A DNA stretch of 64,000 bases, taken from NCBI GenBank assembly GCA_963831425.1, contig CAWHQC010000009.1:4184-68183 (forward strand), read 5' to 3'. This document shows, one piece after another, positions 49,383-59,280 of the stretch. The stretch's first letter is position 1. Every line of letters starts with the position of its first letter. The notes beneath the pieces are model-generated. The model had not been told where the DNA came from. It searched no databases and saw only the letters and a list, made by a program, of their open reading frames with translations. Origin of the DNA: an uncultured Gemmatimonadales bacterium. GTDB taxonomy: Bacteria > Gemmatimonadota > Gemmatimonadetes > Gemmatimonadales > GWC2-71-9. Position numbers and translations under genes: made by a program.

Positions 49383-50227
49383 CTACAGATCGAACCGCAG
49401 CTCCGCGCCGACGTAGCGGCTCTCGCGCCGGAAGAACTGCCGCTGGGTCGAGAGCCCGTCGTGGGCGATCAGCGCGATGCCCGATGTCCCGCCCGCCGCC
49501 CGCCGCGGCGACCGCGATCCCCAGCTTGGCCGAGGTGCTGATGCGCCAGCTCGTGGCCGCGGCGCCCTCGAAGAAGATGCCCGCGACCGGACGCGCCTGG
49601 CCGCCCAGAAACGTGCCCAGCGGGCCGCCCCGGAAATCCGCGGCCAGCGCGCCGCCCGGGCCGATCGAGGTGCAGCTCGTCGATCAGCACGTAGCTGAGG
49701 TTGCCGGTGACCCGGACGGGCCCGGTGCCGTAGGTCACCCAGGCGGCGGCCACTTCGCGGGTCCAGTCGAGCCGGCTGGCGCCGAAGCGGTCGCCGTACT
49801 CGTCGCCCAGATGGCTGCTCTCGTGGTAGATCTCGCCGGTGAGCGTCCAGGCGCCGAGCGCCGCGGTGGTGTTGAGCCCGACCACCCAGTCGTTGCTGAT
49901 GAGCGCGCTCTTGCGGTCGCCCAGGCTGAACCGGCCGTAGACCTGGGTCCCGAAACCGAGCGTGACGGGGCGGGGCCCGCGCCGCAGGGCCAGCACCGGA
50001 AAGTTCTCGCCCAGCGCCGACCTCCGCCTCCGGCTCGCGGCCGAACTCGCTCTCGCCGCGACGTGCCGAGAGCAGCCGGCCCACCAGCCCGTGCACCCGG
50101 GGCGACGCCTGGGGCAGCTCGAAGCTGGGTACGCGGGGGAAGAGCGGTCCTGGGCCTGCGGCGCGGGACCGGCGGTGCACGAGGAGGAGCATGCAGCCAG
50201 CGCCCGCCACGATCGGCTGCTTGACAT
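49383..50227 (-). pseudogene. DUF1207-like outer-membrane protein, multiply frameshifted
   Basis: Pieces in three frames: MSSSRSWRALAAC.., LFPRVPSFELPQASPRVHGLVG.., GENFPVLALRRGPRPVTLGFGTQVYGRFSL...EIYHESSHLGDEY..., and C-terminal GIALIAHDGLSTQRQFFRRESRYVGAELRFDL*. Confidence 0.55.
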
Positions 50228-50373
50228 TGACCTCGCGCCCTCAGAAGTTCCGCTCGCCTGCGCGCGGCGCCGCCCGTGCTGTTGGAACGCGCGGTAACTT
50301 GTCCGGCGGCCGAGAGCGGCGCAATGCCGTGCCGCCCTCCCTCGTCGCGGAGTCTGCATGATGCTGTGGAGTC

Positions 50374-51387
50374 ATGATTCTCGCCGCTTCGGCCCTCGCC
50401 GGGCCCGGCCCGGCGTCGCCGCCGACGTCCGTGACCGTGGCAATCGACTCGTCCAAGCACGAGCTCACCATCACCGCCGGGCCGTACGACCTGCCCAACA
50501 TGCCGCCGATGGACGACCACGCGATGATGGACCTGGGCATGTCGCACGACACCCCGGTCCAGCACTTCGAGTGGCCCATCGACGGCTGGTTCCGCGGGTT
50601 CCGCGTGCGATCTGGCGGACGCCCAGGGCCATCCGGTGCCCCGGCACGTCATGCACCACCTCATCATGGTGAACTTCAGCCGCCGGCAGCTGATCTATCC
50701 GGCCGCCGAGCGGCTGATGGGCGCCGGCACCGAGACCGACGACGAGATCAGCGTGCCCAAGACGATCGGCGTGCCGATGACGCCCGGGATGAAGCTCGGC
50801 ATGTACGTGGCCTGGCACAACGACACCGGCAAGGATCTCGCCGGCGTGTTCCTCAAGGTCACGATGCTGTGGACGCCGAAGAACCAGAACCCGCCCCCGG
50901 TCAATTCCCTGCCGATCTACATGGACGTGAACCTGACGGTGGGCGGCAGCAACACGTTCGACGTGCCTCCGGGCAAGTCCTCCAAGTCGTTCGAGTTCAC
51001 CCTGCCGGTGGGCGGGCGGCTGCTCGGCGTCGGCGGCCACATGCACGACTACGGCGTCGGGGTCCGGCTGGAGGACGTCGGAGACCGGCAAGGTGGTCGC
51101 CAGCGTGATGGCGACGCGCGACGCCGAGGGGAAGGTGAGCAAGGTCGAGCCGGAAGCTGTACGGCGTGAGCGGCGAGGGCCTCAAGCTCAAGGCCAATCA
51201 CAGGTACCGGGTCGTCGGCGAGTACGACAACCCGACCGGCGAGACCCAGGTCAAGGGCGCGATGGCGCACATGGTCGGGCTGTTCGTGCCGGACGACATG
51301 AGCAAGTGGCCCAAGATCGATCCCAGCGACCCGACCTACCAGCGCGACCTCGCGTCGCTGCAGGTGCGCGGCGAGGATGCGGCGTGA
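50374..51387 (+). pseudogene. Secreted copper-monooxygenase-like protein (PHM/DBH-like His/Met ligand pattern), three +1 frame hops
   Basis: Pieces are in ORFs 50374.., 50636.., 51093.. and 51166-51387, with junctions near 50606-50610, 51078-51081 and 51148-51152. Candidate ligands are VMHHLIMVNF, AWHNDTG, GGHMHDYG and GAMAHM. Confidence 0.5.
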
Positions 51388-51482
51388 TGCACCATGGAGA
51401 GCACGGAGCCCACCAGGGCACGTCGATGGACCACGGGCAGATGCAGCATGGCGACCACGGCGGGGACGAGGCGCACCGGTAG
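51387..51482 (+). CDS. His/Met-rich 31-aa peptide (possible metal-binding mini-protein)
   Basis: The ATG overlaps the upstream TGA (TGATG). Sequence is MHHGEHGAHQGTSMDHGQMQHGDHGGDEAHR*. It has 9 His in 31 aa and is followed by a terminator-like palindrome. Confidence 0.4.
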   Translation: MHHGEHGAHQGTSMDHGQMQHGDHGGDEAHR

Positions 51483-51517
51483 CGACTGGACCTGGCCGAA
51501 CGCCGCCCGGACGCGTC

Positions 51518-51549
51518 GAAGGGGGCATGACCCGGGTCATGCCCCCTTC
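51518..51549. terminator. Perfect palindrome between convergent genes (possible bidirectional terminator)
   Basis: GAAGGGGGCATGAC-CCGG-GTCATGCCCCCTTC. No long U-tract. Confidence 0.45.
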
Positions 51550-51577
51550 GCATCCGGTCACGGCGTTCGGCCCCGCC

Positions 51578-52583
51578 CTACCGCAGGATTCGCCGGACGC
51601 CGACCCAGCGCACGTACCACCAGCGCCCGTACGGATCGTCCGCGCTCAGCGTGCTGACCTGCACGCCGCGGGTCGCGCTGTGAATGAAGCGGCCCTCGCC
51701 GATGTAGAGCCCGACGTGGGTCACCGGGCCGCCGCGGTTGGAGAAGGTGAGCAGGTCGCCGGGCAGCGAGCGTCCGCCATGCGCTTGCGCGACCTTCCTG
51801 CCCTCGCGCGCCTGGTCGGCGCTGCGCCGCGGCAGCGTGATGCCGTGGCGGCCATAGGCATACTGGATGAGTCCGGAGCAGTCGAACCCGCCGCCGTCGC
51901 TCGCCGGTGCCGCCGTACTGGTAGGGCCGGCCCATGACCTCGGTCGCGGTCGCGATCACCGAATCGGCGAGCCGCGGCGGCCGGCGTCGCGCCGCGCGCG
52001 GGTCGCGGCGGGAGCGTGGACGGCGTCCGGCGGCGGCACGTCGCTCGCTCGGCGGCCGCCTGCGCGCCGACGTCGCGGGCCGGGCGTCGCGTGCCGCGCT
52101 TGCGGCCGCCGCCGAGATTGATGGAGAAGCCCGGCCGCGAGCTCGAACCCGTCGCGGCGGTCGAGCGAGATCTCCCGCCAGCGGCCCTCGAGCGCCGACG
52201 CGCGAGGAACGACGCCGGCTCGAGCTCGTAGCCCGCCGCCCGCCGACCACGAGCGTCCAGATGCTGGAGAACGACTGCGAGTGGGGTGAGCCCAGCCCGG
52301 CGCCGACGCCGGCGACCAGATACGGGCCCGCGCCCGCGCCCGGAACGCGGTCACGTCGAAGCCCAGCCCGGCGAACGCGCCGTCCGCGCCGCCGACACGG
52401 CGCATGTAGTCGCCGTGCAGCGTGGTGCTCGAGCGGCCCGACGAGCGGGCGGCTCATACCGAGGCGGTAGACGGTCCACCCTTCGCTCTCGTAGAACCGG
52501 CCGACCTGGCCGTCGATGCCCTGCGCCGGCCGCCGGTGACGGCGCCGCACGAGAGCGACGACGGCCAGCGCCGCCGACCTCAC
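51578..52583 (-). pseudogene. NlpC/P60 family cell-wall peptidase, frameshifted
   Basis: The C-terminal domain ...YQYGGT / GGFDCSGLIQYAYGRHGITLPRRSADQAREGRKV...THVGLYIGEGRFIHSA...RWWYVRWVGVRRILR* reads in two frames with TAG at 51578-51580. The candidate GTG start at 52583 forms a GTGA overlap with the upstream stop. The N-terminal half has further frame hops. Confidence 0.6.
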
Positions 52584-52961
52584 CGGCGCTCCCGCGACCG
52601 GCCGCCGCGTCCGCAGGTCCACCAGGTAGCGCGTCTCCCGGGCGGCAGTGATCCGAGAGCCGGGCCCGGAAGCGTGGTGTCGTCCACCACTTCCGGCGCG
52701 GCCCTGGTGTAGAGCAGCGGGACCGGAATCCGCGCGCCGCCGCGGCGGATCTCGATGGTCCGATCGGTGCACGCGGCCGCCCGCGCCGCTGTCGGGCCGC
52801 GCCAGCGTGAACCAGATCTCACCCCGCCCGGCGCCGTGCCGACCAGGGAGTCGGCGGGCGCCGGGACGTGTCGGCGCGCCCGACGGTTGCTCCGCGCGCC
52901 CGGCACTCGGCCGCTCGGAGCATGCCAGCCCGCCCAGCACCGCCGCACCCAGCATGCGCAC
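52580..52961 (-). pseudogene. Small lipoprotein, frameshifted
   Basis: MRMLGAAVLGGLACSE (lipobox) is at 52961. Plausible later text (IPVPLLYTRAAPEVVDDTTLPGP / GSRITAARETRYLVDL) is in other frames. The stop is TGA at 52580-52582. Confidence 0.35.
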
Positions 52962-52967
52962 GCACGC

Positions 52968-53272
52968 TCACTCGGCCGGCCCTCCGGCCGCGCCCGGCAG
53001 TCCAGCCCGACGGTGTCGGGCGTGCCGTCCTCGGTCACTGCCAGCACCTCGCGGGCCTCCGGGCTCTGTCGCAGGTAGCGCAGCCAGAGGATGATCGCCG
53101 CGAAGCCGGTGACCGCGCCGCAGAGCGCGGTCACCGCCAGCCCGTCGACCGGATCCTCCATCCGCATGGCCACCAGCGCGCCGCCCACCGCTCCGAAAAA
53201 CGAAGCTGCCCACGCCAGGAACGGCGTGAGCAGCCACCCGAAGACCCGGAAGACGAGCCGGAGCCAGCGCAT
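52968..53272 (-). CDS. Small two-TM membrane protein; 3' end uncertain
   Basis: MRWLRLVFRVFGWLLTPFLAWAASFFGAVGGALVA...LAVTALCGAVTGFAAIILWL is convincing. The frame then runs on without a stop. The nearest stop (52968-52970) is in another frame. Confidence 0.4.
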
Positions 53273-53275
53273 GCC

Positions 53276-53916
53276 TCAGGCGCGTTTCGCGCCCAGCCCC
53301 GAGAGCAGCGTGGCCAGGGCGAGCCCGGGCAGGAAGGCCACGCCGAAGGTGGCGAGGTTCCAGCCTGCGCCCGGGAAAGTGGATCGAGCACGGCGACGAC
53401 GGCGAGCACGACGGCGCACGCCGAGCGCCAGGCCGAAGCGCGGCCGCCGGCGAGACGCCGCCGCGGCTTCGTGAGCTGGTTGGCCAGGATCCACGCGCCG
53501 AACCACGGCAGGAACGTGCCCACCATCCACCAGACCGGGTGGTACCACCAGTTGCTGCCGCCGCCGAGCTCCAGCCAGCGGTGGCCGTAGGTGCCGATGT
53601 TCTGCAGCAGGGTCACGTCGATCAGGAGGAAGACGACGGCGGCGCCGAGCCCGATGCCGGCCGCGCCGGCGATCCCCTCGATGGTGCGCGGCCGGGTCCA
53701 GAGGCCCGGCAGCAGCGTGACCGCCGCCAGGCCGACCAGCAGCAGCGACGGCGAGCAGCGACCGTCTGGAGCCCGCCGTTCGGCAGCAGGCGCGAGACCA
53801 GCGAGATCAGCAGCACGAACACCGGCCTCGAGCAGGCCCAGCTTGACCGACCCGCGGACGATCGCGGGGACATCCGTGAGGTCGTGGTCCGCGCGCAGTT
53901 CCACCGCCGAGTGCAT
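53276..53916 (-). pseudogene. Polytopic membrane protein of unknown function, frameshifted
   Basis: MHSAVELRADHDL..., LLLVGLAAVTLLPGLW...GAAVVFLLIDVTLLQNIGTYGHRWLELGGGSNWWYHPVWWMVGTFLPWFGAWILANQL and the C-terminal WNLATFGVAFLPGLALATLLSGLGAKRA* lie in different frames. Confidence 0.45.
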
Positions 53917-53984
53917 GCCGTCTCCGGAGAGGATGGGAGTGCCGAAGTATACGCAGCGGCCGCGCGGGCCGGGCCAAGGGGCGG

Positions 53985-54919
53985 TCAGGTGCCCCAGGCG
54001 AGCACCACGACGACGTCGGTGACGGCCCAGGCCGCCGAGCGCGCGGTACATGCCCCGCTGGTGCTCGGCCGGCGTCAGCGCCGGCCGCACCGCGCCGCCA
54101 GGGGATCAGCACCGCCGCCCAGGCGGCGAGCGCCAGCGAGCCAGGCCCGACCCAGCGCCAGGGGTCGGCTGCCGCCGAGCCGCCAGCCGGCCCGCACCGC
54201 CGGCCGCGGCGAACAGCGCGAACGCCAGGGCCGCCGCGGCCAGCGCCGCCGTGAGGCTCCGGCGGACGCCGAGCACGCAGGCCAGCGTGCGGTCGCCGCG
54301 GCGGGTGTCCTCCTCGAGCTGATAGAGCTGCGTCAGCGGGTAGAGCGCGGCGAACAGGGGGCAGAACGCGAGCAGCACCAGCCCGCGGGCCGGCATCGAG
54401 CGGCAGGCCGGTGGCCGCCCACCCCGCGTACGGCGTGAGCGTGCCGAACCCCCACATGTTGATGATCCAGTCCGCGCCGGCCACCGCCTTGAGCCGCAGC
54501 GGCGGCACCGAGTACGCCACCGAAAGGACGAAGCAGACGCCGTAGGCCATCGGGATACGGCGCGGCGAGGCGGAACGCCAGCGATCTGGCCGGCGCCCAT
54601 GAGGCCGAGGCTGAACGCCGGCGAGGTGGCGCGGCGGCGGCGGCGGCCGGCGGAGGTAGGCGATATCGCCCTCGTCCCGGTCGAACGCGCTGTTGAGCGC
54701 CAGCGTGCCGCCGTTGAGGCAGACCACCCAGAGCGCGAGGCCGAGCGAGCGCCGGGCCGAGCCGTGCGCCGGCGGCCGCCCCGGCGAGGCCCGACCGCGA
54801 GCAGGTACCCGACGGCGGTGTGCGCCGCCATGATCGGCCACTCGGCGGGGCGCAGGTGCAGCAGGTAGTCGAGCCGCCGGCCCGAGCAGCCGGTAGCCGG
54901 CCTCGCGTGCGGTGCTCAC
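53985..54919 (-). pseudogene. UbiA-family prenyltransferase, frameshifted
   Basis: GTG at 54919 (GTGA overlap with the coaX stop). Pieces LDYLLHLRPAEWPIMAAHTAVGYLL, LALWVVCLNGGTLALNSAFDRDEGDIAYL, YSVPPLRLKAVAGADWIINMWGFG and LYPLTQLYQLEEDTRRGDRTLA are spread over three frames. The stop is TGA at 53985-53987. Confidence 0.6.
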
Positions 54920-55695
54920 CACTCGAGCCCGAGATGCCCGGCCGCGAGCCGCAGCCCGCGCAGGGTCAGGTCGGGATCGGTCTCCTCGATCGTGGCGGTG
55001 AGCGGCGCCACCACCGTGGCGAGGCCGCCGGTCGCGACCACCCTCGGGCGCCGGCCGTCCGGCCACTCGGCGCGGATGCGGCGCACGAGGCCGTCCACCG
55101 CCTCGGCCGTGCCGAACAGCACGCCGGCCTGGATGCACTCCTCGGTCCGCCGGCCGATGACGCGCTCGGGCGCGCGGAGCTCGGTGGCCGGCAGCTTGGC
55201 GGTGCGCTGGGTGAGCTGGTCGGCGGCGGTGCGGAGCCCGGGCATGATGACGCCGCCGAGAAAGCGGCCGTCGGCGGTGACGCAGTCGAAGGTGGTGGCG
55301 GTGCCGAAGTCGACCACGATGGTGTCCGCGCGGTAGAGCTCGACCGCGGCCAGCGCGTTGACGATCCGGTCGGCGCCGACGCTGAGCGGCTCGTCGACGT
55401 CGAGCCGGACCGGCAGCGGCGAGCGCGCGTCGATCTGCACGCCGGTGCAGCCCGTGGTGCGCGCGATGCCCGCCACCACGCCTGGGTGACCGCGGGCGCC
55501 ACCGAGGCGAGGCAGACGGCGCGCACCTCGTTGGGGGAGTGGCCCGCGGCGATGAGGAACCCGCCGATGGCGCTGCCCCACTCGTCCGGGCGTGCGGCCG
55601 GGGTTGGTCGTCAGCCGCCAGTGCGCCTCGAGCTCGGCGCCCCGGAAGAGGCCCACGGTGATCTCGGTGTTGCCGATGTCGAGCGTCAGGAGCAT
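54916..55695 (-). pseudogene. coaX: Type III pantothenate kinase, locally frameshifted (compensated)
   Basis: MLLTLDIGNTEITVGLF...HWRLTT and ...SVGADRIVNALAA...VVDFGTATTFD...GGVIMPG are in one frame. The segment containing VRAVCLASVAPAVTQ reads in another frame (about 55470-55590). Confidence 0.8.
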
Positions 55696-56429
55696 GGTCG
55701 AAGATCCGCCGAGGGTGAGGTCCCCGCCAGCACGACCGTGCCCGGCCCGGACCGCCGCCGTGGTTCCGTCCGCCCGGCGGACCAGCAGCGCGCCGTCGGC
55801 GGCGAGTCCGTCGGCCGGTCCCGGCGAGCGGCGCCTGGAGCAACGGCCGCGGAGCCAGTCGCGGCGCCCGAAGCGCGCCCGCTCGTCGCCGGTGAGCGGG
55901 CCGGCCGCCGCATCGATCCCGCTCGAGAGCGCTCGACGACGGGTCGCACCAGCGCCGCCGGCGTGAGCGCCGGCACCGCGTCGGCGAGGTGGGTGGCCGT
56001 CGTTGCCATCCCGGCGGCGGGCGGGTTCGCCACATTGAGACCGACCCCGATGGCGACCCAGGCCAGCGGGGCGCCCTGCCACCGGGCCTCGCACAGGATG
56101 CCGCCGGCCTTCCGCTCGCCGAGCATCAGGTCGTTGGGCCATTTGAGGGCGAGGTGGATGCCGAGCGCGCCGAGCCGCTCGGCCACGGCGAGCCCGGCGC
56201 GAAGGCTCAGGACTTCGAGACCGGTGGTCGCCGGGCGGGCCAGCAGGCTGAGCCAGAGCCCGCCCGGCGGCGACGACCAGTGCCTGCCGCGGGACCCGCG
56301 ACCCGCCGCCTGCTCGTCGGCCACCACCACGGAGCCCGCCGCGGCCCCACCCTGCGCCAGCTCGTGGAGCGCGTCCATGGTGGACGCGACCGTCGAGAGC
56401 TGGAGCACCACCGGCGCGGCGCGCATCAC
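55686..56429 (-). pseudogene. birA: Biotin--[acetyl-CoA-carboxylase] ligase, locally frameshifted (compensated)
   Basis: ADEQAAGRGSRGRHWSSPPGGLWLSLL and KWPNDLMLGERKAGGILCE are in frame. The C-terminal segment ...GIDAAAGPLTGDERARF...ADGLAADGALLVRRADG reads in another frame between about 55740 and 55930. Confidence 0.78.
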
Positions 56430-57223
56430 CGCACCAGCAGCAGCAGCAGCGCGCCCAGCGCGATCCGATACCAGGCGAAGGCCGCGAAGCTGTGGTGCGA
56501 GACGTAGCGCAGGAACGCCCGCACCACCACGATGGCCGACAGAAAGGCCACCGCGAAGCCCACGGCGAAGGCCGGCGCATCGGCCGCGCTCAGCGCGCCC
56601 CGGCTCTTGAGCAGGTCGTACAGGGTGGCCGCGAACATCACGGGAATGCTGAGGAAGAACGAGAACTCCGTCGCCGCCCGGCGCGACAGGCCCAGGGCGT
56701 AGCCCCCCATGATCGTGGCGCCCGAGCGGGAGGTGCCCGGAATCAGCGAGAGCACCTGGGCCAGGCCCACCCCGAGCGCGGTCCGCGGCGGCACGTCGCC
56801 GACCTCGTGGACCCGCTCGCGCGGGTGGAGCCGCTCGATCAGCAGGATGAGCAGCCCGCCCACGATCAGCGCGACGGCCACCACGGTCGGGGTGAACAGT
56901 CGGGCCTTGATCCAGTCGTGGGCCAGGAAGCCGACCACCGCCGCGGGCAGGAAGGCGATGATCAGATTGAGCAGGAAGCGGCGGGCCCCGGCGTCCGACG
57001 TCGCCGCCAGCAGCGCCGCGCTCAGCCGCGCGCGGTAGAGCCAGACGATCGCCAGGATCGCGCCCAGCTGGATGAAGATGTCGAACGTCTTGGCCGCCTC
57101 GCCGGTCTCGCCCAGCCAGTGGCTCGCGACGATGAGATGGCCGGTGGACGAGACGGGGATGAATTCCGTGACCCCCTCGACTAAGCCCAGCAACGCGGCC
57201 TTGGCGAGCAGCTCAGGCGTCAT
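56426..57223 (-). CDS. uppP: Undecaprenyl-diphosphate phosphatase
   Basis: 265-aa intact ORF with EGVTEFIPVSSTGHL and PGTSRSGATI motifs. Confidence 0.93.
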   Translation of the reverse strand: MTPELLAKAALLGLVEGVTEFIPVSSTGHLIVASHWLGETGEAAKTFDIFIQLGAILAIVWLYRARLSAALLAATSDAGARRFLLNLIIAFLPAAVVGFLAHDWIKARLFTPTVVAVALIVGGLLILLIERLHPRERVHEVGDVPPRTALGVGLAQVLSLIPGTSRSGATIMGGYALGLSRRAATEFSFFLSIPVMFAATLYDLLKSRGALSAADAPAFAVGFAVAFLSAIVVVRAFLRYVSHHSFAAFAWYRIALGALLLLLVR

Positions 57224-57232
57224 CGGCGGCGC

Positions 57233-58357
57233 TCACGGCAGGGCCTCCTCATACAGGGCCTCGTACATCGGCACGATCCGGTCGGCGGAGAACTCCCGCG
57301 CCTTCGCGATGGCCGCGGCCCGCGCCGCCGCGTAGCGGCCGGCATCGCGCAGCAGCTCGACGGCGCGCCGCCCCATCGCCTCGACCGAGCCGACCGGCTC
57401 GAGGATGCCGCTCACCCCGTCGTCCACCACCTCGGGCAGCCCGCCGGCGCGGGTGGCCACCACCGGCGACCCGCAGGCCATGGCCTCGAGCGCCGCCAGG
57501 CCGAAGGACTCGGTCTGGGACGGCAGCAGGAACAGGTCGCCCGCCTGCAGCAGCGAGGCCACCGAGTCGAGCCGGCCCAGGAAGCGCACGTCCTGCGCCA
57601 CGCCCAGCTCCCGCGCCTCGTTCTCGGCGTCGACCCGCTCGGGGCCGTCGCCCACCATGACGAGGGCGGCGGGCATGGCGCGCCGGATCCGGGCGAACAC
57701 CCGGACCACGTCCTTGACCCGCTTCACCTCGCGGAAGTTCGACACGTGGGTGATGACCTTGGCGCCTTCGGGGGCCAGGCTGCTCCGGGTGCCCGGCTCG
57801 GCGGGGCGATACTCGTCGAGGTTGACGAAGTTGGGGATCACCCGCACATCGCAGCTCACGCAGCCGAAGGCGCGATAGGTCTCGTCGCGGAGGTAGGCCG
57901 ACACCGCCGTCACCTCGTCGCTCTGCTCGATCGAGAACTTGGTGATGCCGTAGAAGCTCGACTCCTGGCCCACCAGCGTGATGTCGGTGCCGTGCAGGGT
58001 CGTGATGACCTTGAGCGGGCGTTCGCCCTTGAGCATCTCGCGGGCGAGGTAGGCCGTCGTGGCGTGGGGGATGGCGTAGTGCACATGGAGGATCTCGAGC
58101 CCCTCCCGGAGCACCACCTCGTGCTGCTTGGACGCGAGAGCCAGGGTATATGGAAAGTGGTCGAACAGCGGATACCGCCCCATCCGGGTCTCGACCTGGT
58201 GGAAGTAGATCCGCTCGGCATAGCCGTGCAGCCGGAACGGCGAGTCGTAGGTGATGAAGTGGACTTCGTGCCCGCGCCGCGCCAGCTCGAGGCCGAGCTC
58301 GGTGGCGACGGCGCCCGACCCGCCGTAGGTGGGATAGCAGGTGATGCCGATCTTCAT
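57233..58357 (-). CDS. bshA: N-acetyl-alpha-D-glucosaminyl L-malate synthase (bacillithiol biosynthesis GT4 glycosyltransferase)
   Basis: 374-aa intact ORF. The N-terminal MKIGITCYPTYGGSGAVATELGLELARRGHEVHFI and the overall GT4 pattern match my memory of BshA. Confidence 0.8.
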   Translation of the reverse strand: MKIGITCYPTYGGSGAVATELGLELARRGHEVHFITYDSPFRLHGYAERIYFHQVETRMGRYPLFDHFPYTLALASKQHEVVLREGLEILHVHYAIPHATTAYLAREMLKGERPLKVITTLHGTDITLVGQESSFYGITKFSIEQSDEVTAVSAYLRDETYRAFGCVSCDVRVIPNFVNLDEYRPAEPGTRSSLAPEGAKVITHVSNFREVKRVKDVVRVFARIRRAMPAALVMVGDGPERVDAENEARELGVAQDVRFLGRLDSVASLLQAGDLFLLPSQTESFGLAALEAMACGSPVVATRAGGLPEVVDDGVSGILEPVGSVEAMGRRAVELLRDAGRYAAARAAAIAKAREFSADRIVPMYEALYEEALP

Positions 58358-59280
58358 GCGCCGCCCCTCTCCCAGACCTCGGCAATCTCGGCGGCCAGCC
58401 GTTCGGGCGACCGAGTGGCATCGAGCGTGAGCACCGCACCATCCAGCTGGTGGCGGAACCAGGTCTCCTGCCGCTTGGCGTATTGCCGGGTGCTGGCGGC
58501 GATGGCGTCGGCGACCGACTGCCGCGGGCGGCGGCCATGCAGGTAGTCCACGGCTTCCCGGACGCCGATTCCGTCGAGGCCCGGCGCGGCGGGTGGTGCC
58601 CCTCGGCCAGCACGGAGGCGACCTCCTCGATCAGGCCGCGCCGTACCATCTCCTCCGCCCGCCGCGCGATCCGCTGGTGCAGCACCGGCCGGGGGACGGT
58701 CAGGACAATGTACCACGGGTCGATGGCGCCCCGCGCGCGAGCCGCCTGCTGCCAGTGGGAGAGTGGCCGTCCGGTGAGCAGGGCCACCTCGATGGCGCGC
58801 GCGGCGCGCTGGCGCCCGCCGCCCGTGAAAGCGGGGATCGAGCCGCCCGGCCCAGCGCAGCAGCTCGAGCGGCTCGAGCCTGGCGGTAAAGGCGTCGAGC
58901 GAGCGGCGCCGGGCGGGGTCGAGCGCCGGCTCGTGAAACAGCCCCTCCGCCAGCGCGCGGACGTAGAGGCCGGTGCCGCCCACCACGATGGGCCGCTGGC
59001 CGCGCTGCCGGATATCCGCCAGCCAGCCCTCGGCGTCGCGCGCGAAGTGGCCGGCGCTGTAGCGCGCGCCCGGGCTCGACCAGGTCCAGGCCGTGGTGCG
59101 GCACCCGCGCCCGCTCCTTGCGCGTCGGCTTGGCGGTCCCGATATCGAGCCGGCGGTACACCTGGCGGGAGTCGGCCGAGATGACCTCGAGCGGGCCAGT
59201 GCGCCGCCAGCGCGAGCGCCACCGCGGTCTTGCCCACCGCGGTCGGGCCCGACGACGACCGGAACCCTACCGCCGGCCAA
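58354..59280 (-). pseudogene. miaA: tRNA dimethylallyltransferase, about six frame hops
   Basis: Pieces in three frames: [93 protein letters not shown] and STRQYAKRQETWFR...*. The start is tentative (TTG at 59280). Confidence 0.75.
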
